64,000 nt of DNA from Eledone cirrhosa (lineage: Eukaryota): assembly GCA_964016885.1 (NCBI GenBank), contig OZ024765.1, forward strand, positions 868,001 through 932,000, read 5' to 3'. A model generated the notes under the pieces. That model saw only the letters and a list, made by a program, of their open reading frames with translations. It was not told where the DNA came from and did not search any database. The translations under genes were made by a program, and so were the position numbers. Position 1 is the stretch's first letter, and the number at the start of each line of letters is the position of its first letter. Below are positions 61,305 to 64,000 of this stretch, one piece after another.

Positions 61305-61481
61305 GAGCCATGCTAACGTTGATGATGATGATGACTTGTGTATAAACACTCTCCCACACACACACACATATAGATATACATAAACACTCTCACACACACA
61401 ACATTGTGTGTAACCAAGTGTTTATTAAAGCTGACACAAGCTACAGTTGGATGTTAGCAACACTTATCACTGTAATAAGCA

Positions 61482-62490
61482 GTCAACCAACCATCCAGCA
61501 CACCAGCCATCTAACCATCCAGCCATCTAACCATCCAACAAACCAGCCATCTAACCATCCAACATACCAGCCATCTAACCATCCAGCACACCAGCCAGCC
61601 ATCTAACCATCCAACACACCAGCCAGCCATCTAACCATCCAGCACACCAACCATCTAACCATCCAGCACACCAGCCATCTAACCATCCAACACACCAGCC
61701 AGCCATCTAACCATCCAACACACCAGCCAGCCATCTAACCATCCAGCACACCAACCATCTAACCATCCAGCACACCAGCCATCTAACCATCCAGCACACC
61801 AGCCAGCCATCTAACCATCCAACACATCAGCCAACCATCTAACCAGCTGACTAGCCAACCGTCCCACCATCCATCCAACCAACAAACCAACCATCAAGCC
61901 GTCCAGCTAACCCTTAAACCCAACAGCCAGCCAACCATCTTGCCATCCAGTTCAAAATCCGACCTACCCACCATCTTACCAGCTAACCATTCTACCGGCC
62001 AGCTCATCAATAAACCACCCAGCCATCCACCCACCCAACCATCCAACCAGTTTACCAACCATCCAACCAGTCAACCAGCCAGCCAGCCATCCACTCACCC
62101 AACCATCCAACCATCCAACCAGTTATCCAACCATCCAGCCAGACAACCAGCCACCCAACCATCCACCACCCAGCCATCCACTCACTCAACCAACCAACCA
62201 TCCAGCCAGTCAACCACCCCAGCCAACCGCCCGCCCAGCCATCCACTCACCAAACCACCCAACCATCCACCCAACCATCCAGCCAGTCAACCATCCAGCC
62301 AGCCAACCACCCAACCACCCAACCAGTCAACCATCCACTCACCAAACCACCCAACCATCCAACCAGTTAGCCAACCATCCAACCACTCACCCAACCACCC
62401 AACCACCCAACCAGCCAACCACCCAACCAGTCAACCATCCAACCACCCAACCACCCAACCATCCAACCAGCCACCGAACCCGCCAGTTGG
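61482..62490. repeat. (CCAN)n-derived repeat with 25-29 bp higher-order units
   Basis: ccagccatctaaccatccagcaca units followed by degenerate ccaa/ccat/ccag; the P/S/Q/T/N/H ORF reflects this repeat. Confidence 0.9.
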
Positions 62491-62806
62491 CCAACTCGCC
62501 AGCCTGCACTTCACTTTTCTCTCAATCTGTCTTCAAGTGCCTTTCTAGAAACACGCATTCAACACACATCTACACACACACAGACCGGGATATACACGCA
62601 GGAATATATATATATATGTGTGTGTATATATATATAGTCATACAGTCATGTAAATTATATACACACACATAAACACACATACATATATATTTATATATAA
62701 CATATATAGTAAAAAAAGAATTAACACATACTAACGCGTATATATATATAATTTTCGTTGACAAATCAACTAGGCTGACGAACTCGTTTATACATACAGG
62801 CTCTCC

Positions 62807-62873
<67 letters not shown>

Positions 62874-63040
62874 CTCACAAGCACGTGTATATTCACACAT
62901 ACATATATATGTAAGTATATATGTAGATATATAGAGATATGTATGTATATGTGTGTGTGTGTGTATTTTTGGAGCTTAACTTCGTTTAATTAACTCTTAA
63001 TAAGGCACCTGCAACAATTCAAATTTCTCTCTCTCTCTCC

Positions 63041-63089
<49 letters not shown>

Positions 63090-63490
63090 TATACACACAC
63101 ACAACAGTTATTACCACGCGTTCATATCTTACAGTACAGTCAACTACACCTTATATAAACATACATACATATATATACTCTCGTGTGCTGGATATATAAA
63201 TATATATATACTGTGTCAAAGTTCAGTTTTGTGATTTTCTGTGCATTTAAGCAGTTCTTGAACCAAATCGGAAATCCTTTTAAAAACACTCAAAAAGCAA
63301 AGGAAAATTATACACCCACCCACGGATAATATACAAATATACATACATATTATATATACTGTGTACATATAAGATTTATATATATTTTTATATATACATT
63401 GTACATATAAAAGATATATATATTTATATATATGTATGTATACACGATTCACATGTGAGTAAATTTTCAGATTTTATAAACATTTATACA

Positions 63491-63570
63491 CAAGGTGTCC
63501 ACCCAAAAATGTATACACACTCTTATTAGAATGTTGTTGAAGTGTGTATACATTTTTGGGGAACACCCTG
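63491..63570. mobile_element. Tc1/mariner-type MITE (inverted copy); another starts at 63988
   Basis: caaggtgtcc...acaccctgTA; internal sequence is the reverse complement of the 36.5-kb copy. Confidence 0.75.
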
Positions 63571-63594
63571 TATATGTATTTTTTTCTATTGCTA

Positions 63595-63735
63595 GACTGG
63601 TTTCAATCTGTTGACTGCGGCCATGCTGGGGCAACGCCTTGATTTTAGTCGATCATATCGAACCACTGTATTTTATTTTTCACTGTCTGGTACTTATTTT
63701 ATCGATCCTGTTTTGTCGAACTACTAAGTTACGTT
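63595..63735 (-). mobile_element. SINE family C 3' part
   Basis: gactgcggccatgctgg..tttagtcga..ctggtacttattttatcg..ctaagttacg; related tail at ~21378-21435. Confidence 0.6.
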
Positions 63736-63782
63736 TTATATACACCCCTGACACAAATATAAATACACACACACACACACAC

Positions 63783-63820
<38 letters not shown>

Positions 63821-64000
63821 CTGTACCGATTGTGTTGTTAGTTCTGTTAACCTATTACATACACACACACATATATGTGTGTGTGTGTATGTGTATATAG
63901 TGTATATATCCATATATATACATGTATGTGTGTCTATATATATCATAATTTGAATGATATATATACATATATATAAACACACACACACAGGGTGTCCCCC

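Noticed and set aside
61940-62548. Pro/Ser/Gln-rich 202-aa ORF
   Set aside because: Built from tetranucleotide CCAN repeats with no triplet periodicity.
62780-62800. Isolated CTGACGA box (also one on the minus strand near 21520)
   Set aside because: No stem II-GAAA-UH arrangement follows.

Overview
Eukaryotic, extremely AT-rich window. Most of it is (TA)n/(TG)n/(TATG)n simple repeat, interrupted by 0.1-1 kb islands of more complex sequence. The tRNA-derived SINEs resemble those I recall from octopod cephalopod genomes (inference, not checked). I recognise no intact host protein gene, and nearly all listed ORFs ([14 protein letters not shown], poly-V/L/T) are translations of simple repeats. 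The complex islands are mostly transposon remnants: three SINE families, 3' fragments of Tx1/L1-like, RTE-like and RLE-type (R4/NeSL-like) LINEs, a ~90-100 bp Tc1/mariner-type MITE family and a hAT-like element with an internal minisatellite. The strongest signal is a dense set of short Penelope-like (PLE) terminal remnants inside TA tracts. They carry at least six apparently complete minimal type I hammerhead ribozymes (402-464, 570-632, 15471-15526, 15891-15962, 52202-52272, 61202-61249) plus about ten partial or decayed ones. Many sit in fold-back inverted repeats whose turning point falls in or next to the ribozyme, and in several the cleavage site itself is TA-repeat sequence. There are also low-confidence spliced exons with YY1-type motifs (mainly minus strand, 32-47 kb) and one candidate recursive splice site. 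All folds and alignments were done by eye.
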